A DNA stretch of 64,000 nucleotides from an uncultured Fidelibacterota bacterium (GTDB taxonomy: Bacteria > Fidelibacterota > Marinisomatia > Marinisomatales > Marinisomataceae), in assembly GCA_902538565.1 (NCBI GenBank), contig CACBFQ010000002.1:157908-221907 (forward strand), given 5' to 3'. The notes below the pieces were generated by a model, which saw only the letters and a list, made by a program, of their open reading frames with translations, was not told where the DNA came from and searched no databases. This document shows positions 39,141 to 49,676 of this stretch, piece by piece. How positions within the stretch are numbered: position 1 is the stretch's first letter; every line of letters begins with the position of its first letter. A program made the translations under genes and the position numbers.

Positions 39141-42100
39141 ATGAAACTTAATAAACAAAGTTTTCAATTTGCGTATGTCCTACTTTTATCTGTAGCAACA
39201 CTTTTTGCGCAGAATGTTACTGGTACAGTTAGTGACCAAGATGGTAATGTTCTTGCTGGTGCAAATGTTACTGTAGAAGGTACTGATACTGGAGCCTCAT
39301 CAAATGTTGATGGGTCTTTCTCAATATCAGGTTTGAGTGATGGTACTTATACTGTAACAGCTTCATTCATTGGTTTTAATGATGCTAGTGCAGTTGTTAC
39401 TATTAGTGGTGGACAATCAGCAAGTGCAGATTTAGCGCTTGAAAAAAGTAATTTATTACTTGATCAAGTTGTTGTATCTGCGTCCTTAAAACCTGAGTTA
39501 GTTGTTGACTCACCTGCCAGTGTTGAAATCTTTAGCGGAGAGCAGCTCGAAGCTAGAGGTGGTGCAACAGTTGTTGATGTACTAGCAAATAAAGCTGGTG
39601 TTGAAACAATGAAAATGGGGGTTGAATCTTCAAACATGACCCTTAGAGGTTTTAATGGAGTTTTTTCAGGTGCAATTCACGCCGTTGTGGATAACAGATG
39701 GACAAGAAATCCAGTTGTAAATGCTCAACTTTTACAATTTTTTGCTCCTGACGATTCTGAAATTGACAGATTAGAGTTGGTTAAAGGACCTGCAACACCT
39801 ATGTATGGACCTGATACACAACAAGGTGTTATTTCCATTTACACAAAATCTCCTTTTAATCAAGGTACTAGGGTTTCTTTAACTACTGGTGACAGAGATT
39901 ATTTGAGAATATATGCTCGTCATGCTCAACAAATCGGTCCAAGAGCAGCTATTAGAATTAGTGCTAGACATACAACATTTACAGACTGGAATAGTGATAT
40001 TCCTTCAACTGTTAATGAAGCTGAAGCTGAAGGTCATACTTATTATGAACCTGATACTATCAGAAGAGGAAATCAATCTACTATTTATCCATTTGTTGAT
40101 TATGATACAAAATATAATGATCCAGTAGGTGGTGTTTCCAATGATGCCAGAACTGATTTTAGTCCCGAAGCAACAATGTTGGACTTCAATTCAGAGTTTC
40201 GTCTTGATCTTAAATCAACTTTGAAGTTCAATGCACGTATGGCAAATATTTCTGCTATTGAAATGTCAGGAGTTGGAAGGCAGTTTACTGATGATGCTAA
40301 TCTTTATCAGGCACAGCTATCATACTCAAGACAAGATTTTCTTGGCGGAGATTTATTTTTAAACTTATTTACTAATATCAATGATTTGGAGCAAACTTAT
40401 AATATTTCAACTGGTTTGATTATTAAAGATACTTCATCTAATGTTGCATTTCAGTTACAACATAATCTTCCATTAAAAAATGATCAATCTCTTGTATGGG
40501 GTGTTGATGTGCTAGATAGAACTCCAAGAACAGGTGGAACTATTAATGGACAGCATGAAGATATTGATGACTTCCAAAACGTTGGAGCATATTACTCCTA
40601 CGAAAAAAAATGGGATAATTTAAAATTTGTTGGTACTGGTAGATTTGATTCAAGTAACTTTACTAGAGATATTGGAGAAGATACATTATTCGCTCCAAAA
40701 CTAGCTCTTGTTTATACTCCAGATAATATTCGCGGTTCATTCCGTTTAACTTATGGAAAAAACAATGACCTACCTGGTAACTTTACTAAAAATTTAGATA
40801 TCGGTTACGCAACTGACTTCGTATATGGTGGTTTAGGTATTGATTTCCGTGATCCAGCATTTGGTGGATTACCTTTTAATCCTGACTTCCAAGTTAAGGC
40901 AATGGGATCATCTACTGTTGGTTATACATACCACAGAGATGCAAATGGACTACATACATATAGATCTAATTGGTCCCCTGCTCTTGGCTTAGGCATAAAC
41001 CATAATTGGGAAATGAATAATAACACAATGAACGCCGCTGCACATGGAGTATTTGCTCCATTGTTTACTGGCCAATTCTTTCAAAGTGATCAAGGTACTG
41101 CTTACTTAGCAGCAGTTGGTGCTGGAATTGGACAATCAATGGCCGCTGGTTTAGGCGCTGGTTTATCTTTAGCTCAAATGGGTTTCGGAACGACTGTTCA
41201 AAGCGTATTTAATGCTACTCTTGGTGCCACAGGCGATGTTAATGCTGCTGTGGGTGCTGCTGCACAGGCTGCTGCAGGCGTTGGTGCACAAGATTTAATG
41301 GCATTAGCTGAAACAGCAATGCCTTCTTCATTTACTAATGTGGTACTTGATTTAGGTTTAAATGTAATTAATCCTTTAACTGAATTACCAGATTCTCCAG
41401 TTGTTAAACAAACAGTATGGACTCAAACTGAGTTAGGTTATAAAGGACAAGTTTCTGATAATATGACATTGACAGTTGATGCTTATCAATTGAACGTTGA
41501 AGGATACGTAACAAGTCTTCAGGGTACTAGTGGAATAGTTACTCAAGTTGGTAATGCTACAAGTTATGTTGCTGCTATTATGACAGGTATGGCAGCTGGT
41601 GGTACTGAGTTAACTGCACTAATTAATGGATGGGATGATCCTGCAGCTGGTGGTAATGGTAATGGTACTGGTGCAGATGAATATGCTGCATTAATTTTAA
41701 GCAATACAGCAGTGACACCAATGGGAGCTATTTCTCCTGAAAACTCACCTTATGGTGGAAATTTGATAGTTGGATATAGACAATTATCTAGTGATCTAGT
41801 TTTAAATGGTTTAGAAGCAACTCTTAACTATTTTCCAAACAGAGATTGGAATTTCTATCTAAATGCATCACTATTAAGTGATTCAGTACTTGAAGGTGAC
41901 ATTGAAGGTGCTACAACTCAAGTAGAAATGAATACACCAGAATTTAAGCTTGGTGGTGGATTCCAGTATACTGGCGAAGGAACTAATTGGGGTATGACAT
42001 TAAGATACCAAGATTCCTATTTTGCTAATACTGCATTTGCTACTGGTCCAATTGAAGGTTTTTACACAATTGGTGTGAATGCTAAGTGGAATGTAGAAGC

Positions 42101-42221
42101 AGTTGATGGTATGTCTGTTGGACTTTCCATTGACAATATTACAGATGTTAAACATAGAGAAATGTTCTTAGCTCCTGAATTAGGAAGATTCTCTAAAATT
42201 CAAATTGGATACGATCTGTAA
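39141..42221 (+). CDS. TonB-dependent outer-membrane receptor with N-terminal carboxypeptidase-regulatory-like domain
   Basis: Signal peptide, a CarbopepD_reg-like domain (VTGTVSDQDGNVLAGANVTVEG...DGSFSISGL.DGTYTV), a plug (ASVEIFSGEQLE...TLRGFNG) and a long beta-barrel. AGAGGT lies 7 nt before the ATG. Confidence 0.9.
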   Translation: MKLNKQSFQFAYVLLLSVATLFAQNVTGTVSDQDGNVLAGANVTVEGTDTGASSNVDGSFSISGLSDGTYTVTASFIGFNDASAVVTISGGQSASADLALEKSNLLLDQVVVSASLKPELVVDSPASVEIFSGEQLEARGGATVVDVLANKAGVETMKMGVESSNMTLRGFNGVFSGAIHAVVDNRWTRNPVVNAQLLQFFAPDDSEIDRLELVKGPATPMYGPDTQQGVISIYTKSPFNQGTRVSLTTGDRDYLRIYARHAQQIGPRAAIRISARHTTFTDWNSDIPSTVNEAEAEGHTYYEPDTIRRGNQSTIYPFVDYDTKYNDPVGGVSNDARTDFSPEATMLDFNSEFRLDLKSTLKFNARMANISAIEMSGVGRQFTDDANLYQAQLSYSRQDFLGGDLFLNLFTNINDLEQTYNISTGLIIKDTSSNVAFQLQHNLPLKNDQSLVWGVDVLDRTPRTGGTINGQHEDIDDFQNVGAYYSYEKKWDNLKFVGTGRFDSSNFTRDIGEDTLFAPKLALVYTPDNIRGSFRLTYGKNNDLPGNFTKNLDIGYATDFVYGGLGIDFRDPAFGGLPFNPDFQVKAMGSSTVGYTYHRDANGLHTYRSNWSPALGLGINHNWEMNNNTMNAAAHGVFAPLFTGQFFQSDQGTAYLAAVGAGIGQSMAAGLGAGLSLAQMGFGTTVQSVFNATLGATGDVNAAVGAAAQAAAGVGAQDLMALAETAMPSSFTNVVLDLGLNVINPLTELPDSPVVKQTVWTQTELGYKGQVSDNMTLTVDAYQLNVEGYVTSLQGTSGIVTQVGNATSYVAAIMTGMAAGGTELTALINGWDDPAAGGNGNGTGADEYAALILSNTAVTPMGAISPENSPYGGNLIVGYRQLSSDLVLNGLEATLNYFPNRDWNFYLNASLLSDSVLEGDIEGATTQVEMNTPEFKLGGGFQYTGEGTNWGMTLRYQDSYFANTAFATGPIEGFYTIGVNAKWNVEAVDGMSVGLSIDNITDVKHREMFLAPELGRFSKIQIGYDL

Positions 42222-42246
42222 ATCAACTTAGTTTATTAAGTTATAT

Positions 42247-42276
42247 AAAAAAGCCCTCATCATTGAGGGCTTTTTT
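42247..42276. terminator. Bidirectional intrinsic terminator
   Basis: AAGCCCTCA-tcat-TGAGGGCTT hairpin, flanked by an A-run and a T-run, between convergent genes. Confidence 0.75.
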
Positions 42277-42296
42277 ATTACATAAATTATATTTGG

Positions 42297-43262
42297 TTAA
42301 TCTTTACCGACTTTGAGCCAAGGTAAAGCAACAAGGTCTACATTACCACCAGTAATAACTAATACTACCTTTTGACCAACGAACTTTTCTTTATTTTTAA
42401 TAACACTTGCTAAGGCTAAAGCACATGAAGGTTCAATCACAATTTTCATTCGCTCCCAAACAAGTCTAGTGGTATCTATAATCTCTTGTTCTGTAGCTAA
42501 TACAATATCGCTTACATTGTCTTGGATAATCGGAAGTGTTAATTGACCAACAATAGCCATTAAACCATCAGCAATGGACTCTCTATGAGCCATTTCAATA
42601 CGTTTATTAGCTTTATACATTTGAAAGGTGTCATCAACGCTTTCTGGTTCACATCCAATCACTCTCACATCTGGTTTTAGTTCTTTTAAAGCAATAGAAA
42701 TACCACTAATCAAACCTCCACCACCAATAGGAACAACCACTGAATCAAATTCGGATACTTGTTCTAATATTTCCAATGCTATAGTGCCCTGTCCAGCCAT
42801 TACATCAAAATTGTCATAGGGGTGTATGGATACTCTATCATTATCTTTTACAGTATTTGTAAATAATTCATCTCTTTCTCCCATAGTATCACAAAATATC
42901 ATATTTCCTTTATAGGTTTTAACATTATGTATTTTTGCTTTTGAAACACTTTTTGCCATGACAATATCTGCATGAATACCTTTTAAATATGCAGCGCAAG
43001 CAATAGCTCCCCCATGATTTCCTGATGACTGACAAGCAACGCCTTGCTTGGCTTCTTCATCAGTTAAAGAAAATACTGCATTTGAGGCTCCCCTAATTTT
43101 AAATGATCCGGTTTTCTGAAAATTTTCGCATTTGAAAAATAATTCCATGCCTAACAAATCATTGAAATATTCTGAAGTCAAGATTGGAGTTTTTCTAACA
43201 ATAGATTCGGTGCGAACGCGCGCATCTCTAATATCTGATAATGTTGGTCTTTGAGTAAGCAT
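42297..43262 (-). CDS. PLP-dependent threonine/serine dehydratase (serine racemase-like, fold type II)
   Basis: FFKCENFQKTGSFKIRGA (PLP lysine), SSGNHG and GGGGLISG. Confidence 0.85.
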   Translation of the reverse strand: MLTQRPTLSDIRDARVRTESIVRKTPILTSEYFNDLLGMELFFKCENFQKTGSFKIRGASNAVFSLTDEEAKQGVACQSSGNHGGAIACAAYLKGIHADIVMAKSVSKAKIHNVKTYKGNMIFCDTMGERDELFTNTVKDNDRVSIHPYDNFDVMAGQGTIALEILEQVSEFDSVVVPIGGGGLISGISIALKELKPDVRVIGCEPESVDDTFQMYKANKRIEMAHRESIADGLMAIVGQLTLPIIQDNVSDIVLATEQEIIDTTRLVWERMKIVIEPSCALALASVIKNKEKFVGQKVVLVITGGNVDLVALPWLKVGKD

Positions 43263-43270
43263 TTTAAAAT

Positions 43271-45847
43271 CTACTTAACAAATACTAGTTTGCCAACTTC
43301 ATTAAAGTTGCGAGATTTAATCTGATAGAAGTAAACACCGCTACTTACATTATCGCCATCATCATTAGTCGCATCCCACATTACAGACAGATATCCAAAA
43401 AGATTTTCTTTATCAATTAAGGTCTTAACCTTCCTACCTCTAATATCAAGTATATACATTGATATAGCTTCTGTTACAGGCAAGTCAAACTCTATAGTAG
43501 TACCTCCTGTTGAAAACGGATTTGGATAACTTTGTGCTAAACTATAGTTTGAAGGAGCAGTTTGAAGATAATCAAACCCTTCTGCAACAATCTGATTAGA
43601 CTTATTATAAGTTGAAAAACTATACTTCAAAAAGTCGTAAGAGTCAGTATTATTTTCAAAACTAAATGTTAATTCAATTGGATTAGATCTATTAAAACTG
43701 TAGTCAGCAATTTCCATCTGAATAATTCCCTGTTCATAATCATTTCCATTTAAAACTATATTTGAATTAAGATTACTTGAAAGATAATCAATGGCATAAT
43801 CATCAGGTGCATATTTTAAATAGAACTGAGATGTTGATGCATCTGGATCAAATGTAACAATTAACTGCTGATTCAATAATTTCAAACTAGGTCTAATACC
43901 AGGACCTGATGATTGAGTATAATTTGGTTCATCTCTTCGTGGTGATTGATCTAAAGACCAATTCCATTGAGATTGGAACATATTTAAATCTTTTTCATCT
44001 GAAATTCCATCAAAATTAGGGAAGAAATAAGGCGCACTTCCAGTAACAGGTGCAATATCTATTCCTGGGTAATTTGCAATGAAATAAGCATAATCAACAA
44101 AATCAATATCCCAGTCACCATCATGGTCACCAATCAAGCTTCCAAAATAGTAAAATGTGCTACTAACAATTTCGGAATCTAACCCCACAAGGTTGCGAGC
44201 ATAAACATTCACATAATATTGTTGGAAATCACTTAAACCAGATAAGCTGCTTTCATCAATAGATATAAATGTACTTGAGAACGCTGTAGCAGGATATATT
44301 TCTTGTCCAGTTGGTGAAAGACCAACCGATACATAGTAATTACTTATGCCACTTACATCATCTCCAAAATCCTTAAGAACAAGATTTATTCCTGGATTTT
44401 GGGAAGTAATATAAAATGTATCTTGAATATTTCCGATATCCACAGTACCTACTTCAGGTGCAGAAGTATCAACAATTACTACAAGTTTATTTGATCCTAA
44501 GTTAGCATCACCACTGTCAACTCCAACGCAACTTTCTCTTGCAATAGACACTTCAACTTCACCATCTACTATGGCTTGTACATCGAAACTATAATTTTGT
44601 CCATCTCCAGAATTAAAGTTTATAATTGTTGCATTTTCTAAAACAATATCTTCTTGAGTAAAACCAGTAACCACTTCATCAAAAGTGACATCAACTGTAA
44701 ATTCTCTTTCTGATGTAGCATAAGCTACATCTGAGGAAACCTGTGTAATTACTCCATTAACAACCTGAGCCCAATTTCTACTTGCTGCCCAAGCGTATCC
44801 TTCCAAAGCTTGTTGCTCAGAAAACATTCTCATTTGATCATCATATACGTAGTCCATATAATTCATAAACTGATCACCTTTTCCGGAAATAGAAATACAA
44901 CTATTTTCAGCATTTCTACCATAAAAATTTCCACTACCAGAAGGCCACTCATAAATATTCGCTCCACGATTATTAATATATTGCTGAGGAATATCACTCC
45001 AATACTGATTGCTACAGTCAGAATTATTGAATGGATGATTAAATGTAAAATTATGTCCAAGTTCGTGTGTAAGCGTTCTTCCTCTATTATAACCACCAGT
45101 AGTTCCTGGATTTTCAACTGATCCAACAGACCCTGATAATACAACAGATTCTGGAAAACCAAGATATGCTTGACCTAGTAAACCACCTGTTAAAGGAGCA
45201 ATGTAAATATTTAAAAATCCATTCTGATATCCACCTTCTACGCCGCTATCTGTAGGTGTTGAAGATGCAAGACTACTAGCCTCACTCACCCCACTTACAG
45301 TGCCTTGACTTATATTATATCTTCTAATTGTTTGACCTTCAATTAATTGAGCACCAGTAGACTCACCTAATGAACCAACAAATACTACGTTATGTGTCCC
45401 TCTTACTGCTTGATGACTATAGTCTATACCTGGATCAAATGGAGCATCCGAAGGATTAGGAGCAGAAGGAATTTCATCTCCATCAGGATTTAAATTTGAG
45501 AAATCCAAATTTATTTGATCAAAGTTTTCTCCTATTTGAAAAGCAGAAATATTGTCAGATGCAGAATTATATAAAACATGAAAAATTACTGGAACAAAAA
45601 TTGTGTTCTGTGAATTGTTACTTGATCTCCATTGAGGATTGTCTCTGATTAATTGCTGTGCTTTAAGAATCTGAGCATCTCTTTCTGCAATGAATTTAGG
45701 ATTGAAAAGTTGAAGCTCTTGCTCAAGCTCATCTGTAGCACAACGGATGTAGCCGTCATCTGTAAGACTATGATCATGATTTTGGTGCTGACCTATCGCA
45801 AAGCTAAAAAGGGCTAAAAAAAGAATTCTTTTGTACATTGAATGCAT
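43271..45847 (-). CDS. Secreted M43-type zinc metalloprotease with T9SS (Por) C-terminal sorting domain
   Basis: Signal peptide, HELGHNFTFNHPF zinc site, a long beta-rich middle region, and a C-terminal tail (SYPNPFS...IEFDL...MYILDIRGRKV...SGVYFYQIK...KLVFVK) typical of T9SS CTDs. Confidence 0.8.
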   Translation of the reverse strand: MHSMYKRILFLALFSFAIGQHQNHDHSLTDDGYIRCATDELEQELQLFNPKFIAERDAQILKAQQLIRDNPQWRSSNNSQNTIFVPVIFHVLYNSASDNISAFQIGENFDQINLDFSNLNPDGDEIPSAPNPSDAPFDPGIDYSHQAVRGTHNVVFVGSLGESTGAQLIEGQTIRRYNISQGTVSGVSEASSLASSTPTDSGVEGGYQNGFLNIYIAPLTGGLLGQAYLGFPESVVLSGSVGSVENPGTTGGYNRGRTLTHELGHNFTFNHPFNNSDCSNQYWSDIPQQYINNRGANIYEWPSGSGNFYGRNAENSCISISGKGDQFMNYMDYVYDDQMRMFSEQQALEGYAWAASRNWAQVVNGVITQVSSDVAYATSEREFTVDVTFDEVVTGFTQEDIVLENATIINFNSGDGQNYSFDVQAIVDGEVEVSIARESCVGVDSGDANLGSNKLVVIVDTSAPEVGTVDIGNIQDTFYITSQNPGINLVLKDFGDDVSGISNYYVSVGLSPTGQEIYPATAFSSTFISIDESSLSGLSDFQQYYVNVYARNLVGLDSEIVSSTFYYFGSLIGDHDGDWDIDFVDYAYFIANYPGIDIAPVTGSAPYFFPNFDGISDEKDLNMFQSQWNWSLDQSPRRDEPNYTQSSGPGIRPSLKLLNQQLIVTFDPDASTSQFYLKYAPDDYAIDYLSSNLNSNIVLNGNDYEQGIIQMEIADYSFNRSNPIELTFSFENNTDSYDFLKYSFSTYNKSNQIVAEGFDYLQTAPSNYSLAQSYPNPFSTGGTTIEFDLPVTEAISMYILDIRGRKVKTLIDKENLFGYLSVMWDATNDDGDNVSSGVYFYQIKSRNFNEVGKLVFVK

Positions 45848-45907
45848 CCTATATAATATTTGTGTTCAATAAATATAGTTTTTATTCAAGAAAATTGAAA
45901 TAAAATT

Positions 45908-48900
45908 CTATGATTTAAAAAGATTGTTAGATTTAAAATAAAATTTATCCATTGTCTCTAATCGAACCTCTTCATATCCTCTGATAATATCTGGTAAAAT
46001 AGAAAAGTCTTTTAGATCTTGGTATTTACCATTTCCTATTTCATCTATGTTATTAGAAAGAATAGATTTGTAGTGATTTAATGCTTTTCTATCTGCTTTT
46101 CTAACATCATTGCTAAACCATGCCATAAAGTCGAAAGGTGTTCCCCTTAAAAATTTCATGTTTTTTAGCATTACATAAAACACTTTAAACCATGATCCTA
46201 AAGCTAATTTTGATTTTACTCCAGGTAACATGTTTAAAATAGGAATATTTTCCATTGCTTTTAAAAAAGGAGGATGAAGCATATAACTAATTTTTGCGGA
46301 CTTACCAAACTCCTTATTTATTGCAGAATCAAGCTCGGCTTTGAGGGAAAGTCTAGCTACTTCATATTCATCTTTTGTAGCCATTAATTTGAATAAATAT
46401 TTTGCAACATTTTGAGATAGTTCAGAGCTTAATCTAGTTTTTTGCTCTTTTTCAAAAATATTTCCAACAAAACTCATATACTCTTTCGCGTAAGATAGAT
46501 TTTGATATTCAATTAATTCCTGAGTTCTATGCTCAAGAATTTTTCTTAGTTCTTCATCCGGTGAAATTGAATCTATTAAACTTAAAGCTTCTGAAGAAAG
46601 AATTGGCTTTGAAGCTAAGCTACCAGATCTATATAAATCAATAGTATCAACCCAATGAGGGTCTGAAACCACTTTTCTTCCAATATAAAACGCATTAGTA
46701 TTTTGTGTAACAGCTACCCCATTCATTTCGATAGCTTTTTCAATTGATTCGCTAGAAATTGGAATACAACCAGATTGGTAAGCAGCACCAATCACAATGA
46801 AATTAGCCTGCATATTACTACCAAAGAAATGTTCTGAAAGCTCAGTTGCGTTCAATAAAGTAATATTTTTAGAATATTCTTTAATTAAATCAATCATAAA
46901 AGATGCTTCAGGATATTCTTCAGCAGTAGATCTTACCATATCCCCTGTTGGAATTTCAGATGTTGAAATAACTGAAGTTGAATTTTTCGAACTTAATTTT
47001 GCCATATTTTTTGGATTTACACCAGTTAGCAAATCAAAGACTAAGTAAGCATCAGATTCACCGTTTGCAACTCTACTGGAATATTCTTTATCGTTATTAA
47101 CAATTTTCAAATGAGAAACAACAGAACCACCTTTTTGGCTTAACCCTGTTTGATCAAGAGAAATCACCTTTTTATCTTCTATAAATGCTGCAGTTGAAAT
47201 AATCTGATTTACAGTTACAACTCCTGTTCCTCCAATACCAAGCATAAATACATTAGCTACATCTTTTTGAATCTTTTTTGGATTAGGTAACATTGACGGA
47301 TCAAACCCAATATCAGGTAATTTTCTTTTATCATCTTTGTCAGATGGAATAACCTGTATAAATGATGGACAATTACCTTCAATACAGGAATAATCTTTAT
47401 TGCATGAAGGTTGATCTATTTGAGTCTTTCTTCCAAACTCAGTCTTAATTGGTTGTACACTTAAACAATTAGACTTAACTCCACAATCTCCACACCCTTC
47501 ACATACTGCTTCATTAATAAATATGCGCTTCTTTGGTTCATGCACCAAACCGCGTTTTCTTAATCTTCTTAAATTTGCAGCACAAGACTGATCATGAACT
47601 AAAACGGTTACACCTTTTATCGCTTTTAATTTTTTCTGAGCATCAACAATTTCATCTCTGTGCAATATCTCAATATCTTTATCCCATCTAGATTTATCAA
47701 TTGATTTATATGCACCAGTATCATCAGTAGTTATGATAACTTTTTTTACACCTTGTGATTTAAGGTATTTGGTTAATTCAGGTAAGTCTAACGCACCGTC
47801 TGGATCTTGAGCTCCTGTCATTGCTACTGCTCTATTATACAAGATTTTGTAAGTAATATGAGAGTTAGCTGCTATAGCTTGTCTCAAGGCTAACGAACCG
47901 GAATGGAAAAAAGTACCATCACCAATATTTTGAAACATGTGTTCTTTTTCAATGAAAGGCTCCATACCTGCCCATTGAGCACCTTCACCTCCCATATGCG
48001 TTGTTCCAAACGCTTTACCGTCATCCACAAACATTGCCATTAAATGACAACCAATTCCTCCAAAAGCTGAATCACCCTCCGGTAATTTAACTGTTGAAGT
48101 ATTATGAGGACACCCAGAACAGAAATACATTGATCTTGAAGTAAGAGACTCGCCGTAAACTCTATTATCAACCTCTGATATAATATTTATTTTATTATTA
48201 TCTGATTCAACGCCCAATCTAGAAGCATATCGATTGAAAATAATTTTTGATAAGTCATCAGCTGTTAATTCACCATATCCAGGAATTAATGGATTATTAT
48301 GCTCATCAATTTTACCTATAATAAGTGGCTTATTAGAATAATTGTAAACCTCTTCTTTAATTAACATCTCAATAAACGATCTTTTTTCTTCGATAACGAA
48401 GACCTCATTTAAACCTTTAGTGAATTGCTTAATAATATTAATATCAACTGGGAAAGTTGCTCCGAGTTTTAATATCCTAATTCCCTTTTCATTTAAAAAT
48501 GCTTCATTCCAACCAAGAGAATCTAAAGCCTCAACAATATCATAATAAGTCTTTCCAGCGGTAATAATTCCTATTGAATCATTATCTGATTTAACTGTGA
48601 TTTTGTTGATATTATTTGATGCCAAGAAATGTTTAGCAGCTTCAATTCTACCTAAGTGGATTTCTTTTTCAGTTGGTAAACTATGATGTCCAACTAATTT
48701 AGCATTTTGAGTATGTTTCCATGGCTGACCGTTGTATCGGAAATCAGGTATGTTAATGTTAATTCTTTCAGGATGAACAATAGCGCTTCCAAAAGCATCG
48801 GCGATATCAGTTACAATTTTAAAACCAGACCACAAACCAGAATACCTGGACATCTCATATGCATATCTACCTAAATCTAAAATTTCTTGAACATTACCAG

Positions 48901-49429
48901 GATAAAAAATTGGCATCATAGCATCGAATAGTGCTGGTTCAGACTGTGATGGAAGAGTTGACGATTTACAAGAAGGGTCATCTCCGGCGACCGCTAATAC
49001 ACCTCCATTTTTACCAACTCCTAAAAAATTTGCGTGTCTAAAAATATCTCCAGAACGATCTACTCCAGGTGCTTTACCATACCACATACCCAGAACACCG
49101 TCATACTTAACGTTTGATACCATTCCGGCCATTTGACTTCCGTAAATAAGTGTCGCACCTAAATCTTCATTGACTCCAGGAATAAAATTTATATTGTGCT
49201 GATCTAATAACTTTTTGTTTCTTACTAAATTGATGTCTAGCATTCCTACTGGGGAACCTCTGTAACCTGAAACTAAAGTACCTGTATTTATTCCTTTGAT
49301 TAAATCAGCTCTATTTTGGTCTAGTAATAGACGTACGAGCGCTTGTATTCCAGATAGAATAATTCTACCTTCAAGTAATGTATATTTATCGTTTAATGTG
49401 AATTTTTTATTCAATTTTACTTCTGTCAT
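45908..49429 (-). CDS. Indolepyruvate:ferredoxin oxidoreductase family protein (fused alpha/beta, about 1170 aa)
   Basis: LSGIQALVRLLLDQ N-terminus, a TPP-binding region, the ferredoxin-like CEGCGDCGVKSNC...CPSF and a C-terminal IorB-like domain. Start set at the ATG at 49429 (MTEVKLNKKF). Confidence 0.9.
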   Translation of the reverse strand: MTEVKLNKKFTLNDKYTLLEGRIILSGIQALVRLLLDQNRADLIKGINTGTLVSGYRGSPVGMLDINLVRNKKLLDQHNINFIPGVNEDLGATLIYGSQMAGMVSNVKYDGVLGMWYGKAPGVDRSGDIFRHANFLGVGKNGGVLAVAGDDPSCKSSTLPSQSEPALFDAMMPIFYPGNVQEILDLGRYAYEMSRYSGLWSGFKIVTDIADAFGSAIVHPERININIPDFRYNGQPWKHTQNAKLVGHHSLPTEKEIHLGRIEAAKHFLASNNINKITVKSDNDSIGIITAGKTYYDIVEALDSLGWNEAFLNEKGIRILKLGATFPVDINIIKQFTKGLNEVFVIEEKRSFIEMLIKEEVYNYSNKPLIIGKIDEHNNPLIPGYGELTADDLSKIIFNRYASRLGVESDNNKINIISEVDNRVYGESLTSRSMYFCSGCPHNTSTVKLPEGDSAFGGIGCHLMAMFVDDGKAFGTTHMGGEGAQWAGMEPFIEKEHMFQNIGDGTFFHSGSLALRQAIAANSHITYKILYNRAVAMTGAQDPDGALDLPELTKYLKSQGVKKVIITTDDTGAYKSIDKSRWDKDIEILHRDEIVDAQKKLKAIKGVTVLVHDQSCAANLRRLRKRGLVHEPKKRIFINEAVCEGCGDCGVKSNCLSVQPIKTEFGRKTQIDQPSCNKDYSCIEGNCPSFIQVIPSDKDDKRKLPDIGFDPSMLPNPKKIQKDVANVFMLGIGGTGVVTVNQIISTAAFIEDKKVISLDQTGLSQKGGSVVSHLKIVNNDKEYSSRVANGESDAYLVFDLLTGVNPKNMAKLSSKNSTSVISTSEIPTGDMVRSTAEEYPEASFMIDLIKEYSKNITLLNATELSEHFFGSNMQANFIVIGAAYQSGCIPISSESIEKAIEMNGVAVTQNTNAFYIGRKVVSDPHWVDTIDLYRSGSLASKPILSSEALSLIDSISPDEELRKILEHRTQELIEYQNLSYAKEYMSFVGNIFEKEQKTRLSSELSQNVAKYLFKLMATKDEYEVARLSLKAELDSAINKEFGKSAKISYMLHPPFLKAMENIPILNMLPGVKSKLALGSWFKVFYVMLKNMKFLRGTPFDFMAWFSNDVRKADRKALNHYKSILSNNIDEIGNGKYQDLKDFSILPDIIRGYEEVRLETMDKFYFKSNNLFKS

Positions 49430-49563
49430 ATATGCGTTGTCGCTACAAATATTAATACAGAAAATGATGCAAAACAAGTAGGCAAAATTATGTGACTAAT
49501 GGGCCTTTTTTTGTAATAATCCTGAACTAAATCAAAAAAATATTATTTTTTACATTTTTAAAC

Positions 49564-49593
49564 TTGACTCAAATAAAAAAAAATAAATAAGTT
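49564..49593 (+). promoter_or_regulatory. Candidate promoter of nrdJ: TTGACT-N18-TAAGTT(GC)
   Basis: TTGACT at 49564-49569 and TAAGTT at 49588-49593. The -10 region shares the 8-mer TAAGTTGC with the rpsT candidate. Confidence 0.4.
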
Positions 49594-49608
49594 GCTTAGC
49601 CAGCCAAT

Positions 49609-49676
49609 TAGCTTTTCGAAAGCTATGTATTTGCAATAAAAATAATCTCTTTTAGAGAAACAGCGTCATTTGACGC
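49609..49676 (+). promoter_or_regulatory. Two hairpins / inverted repeats in the nrdJ 5' leader
   Basis: The first is TAGCTTT-tcg-AAAGCTA (49609-49625). The second is GC-rich, GCGTCA-tt-TGACGC (49663-49676), which stands out in an AT-rich region. Confidence 0.3.
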
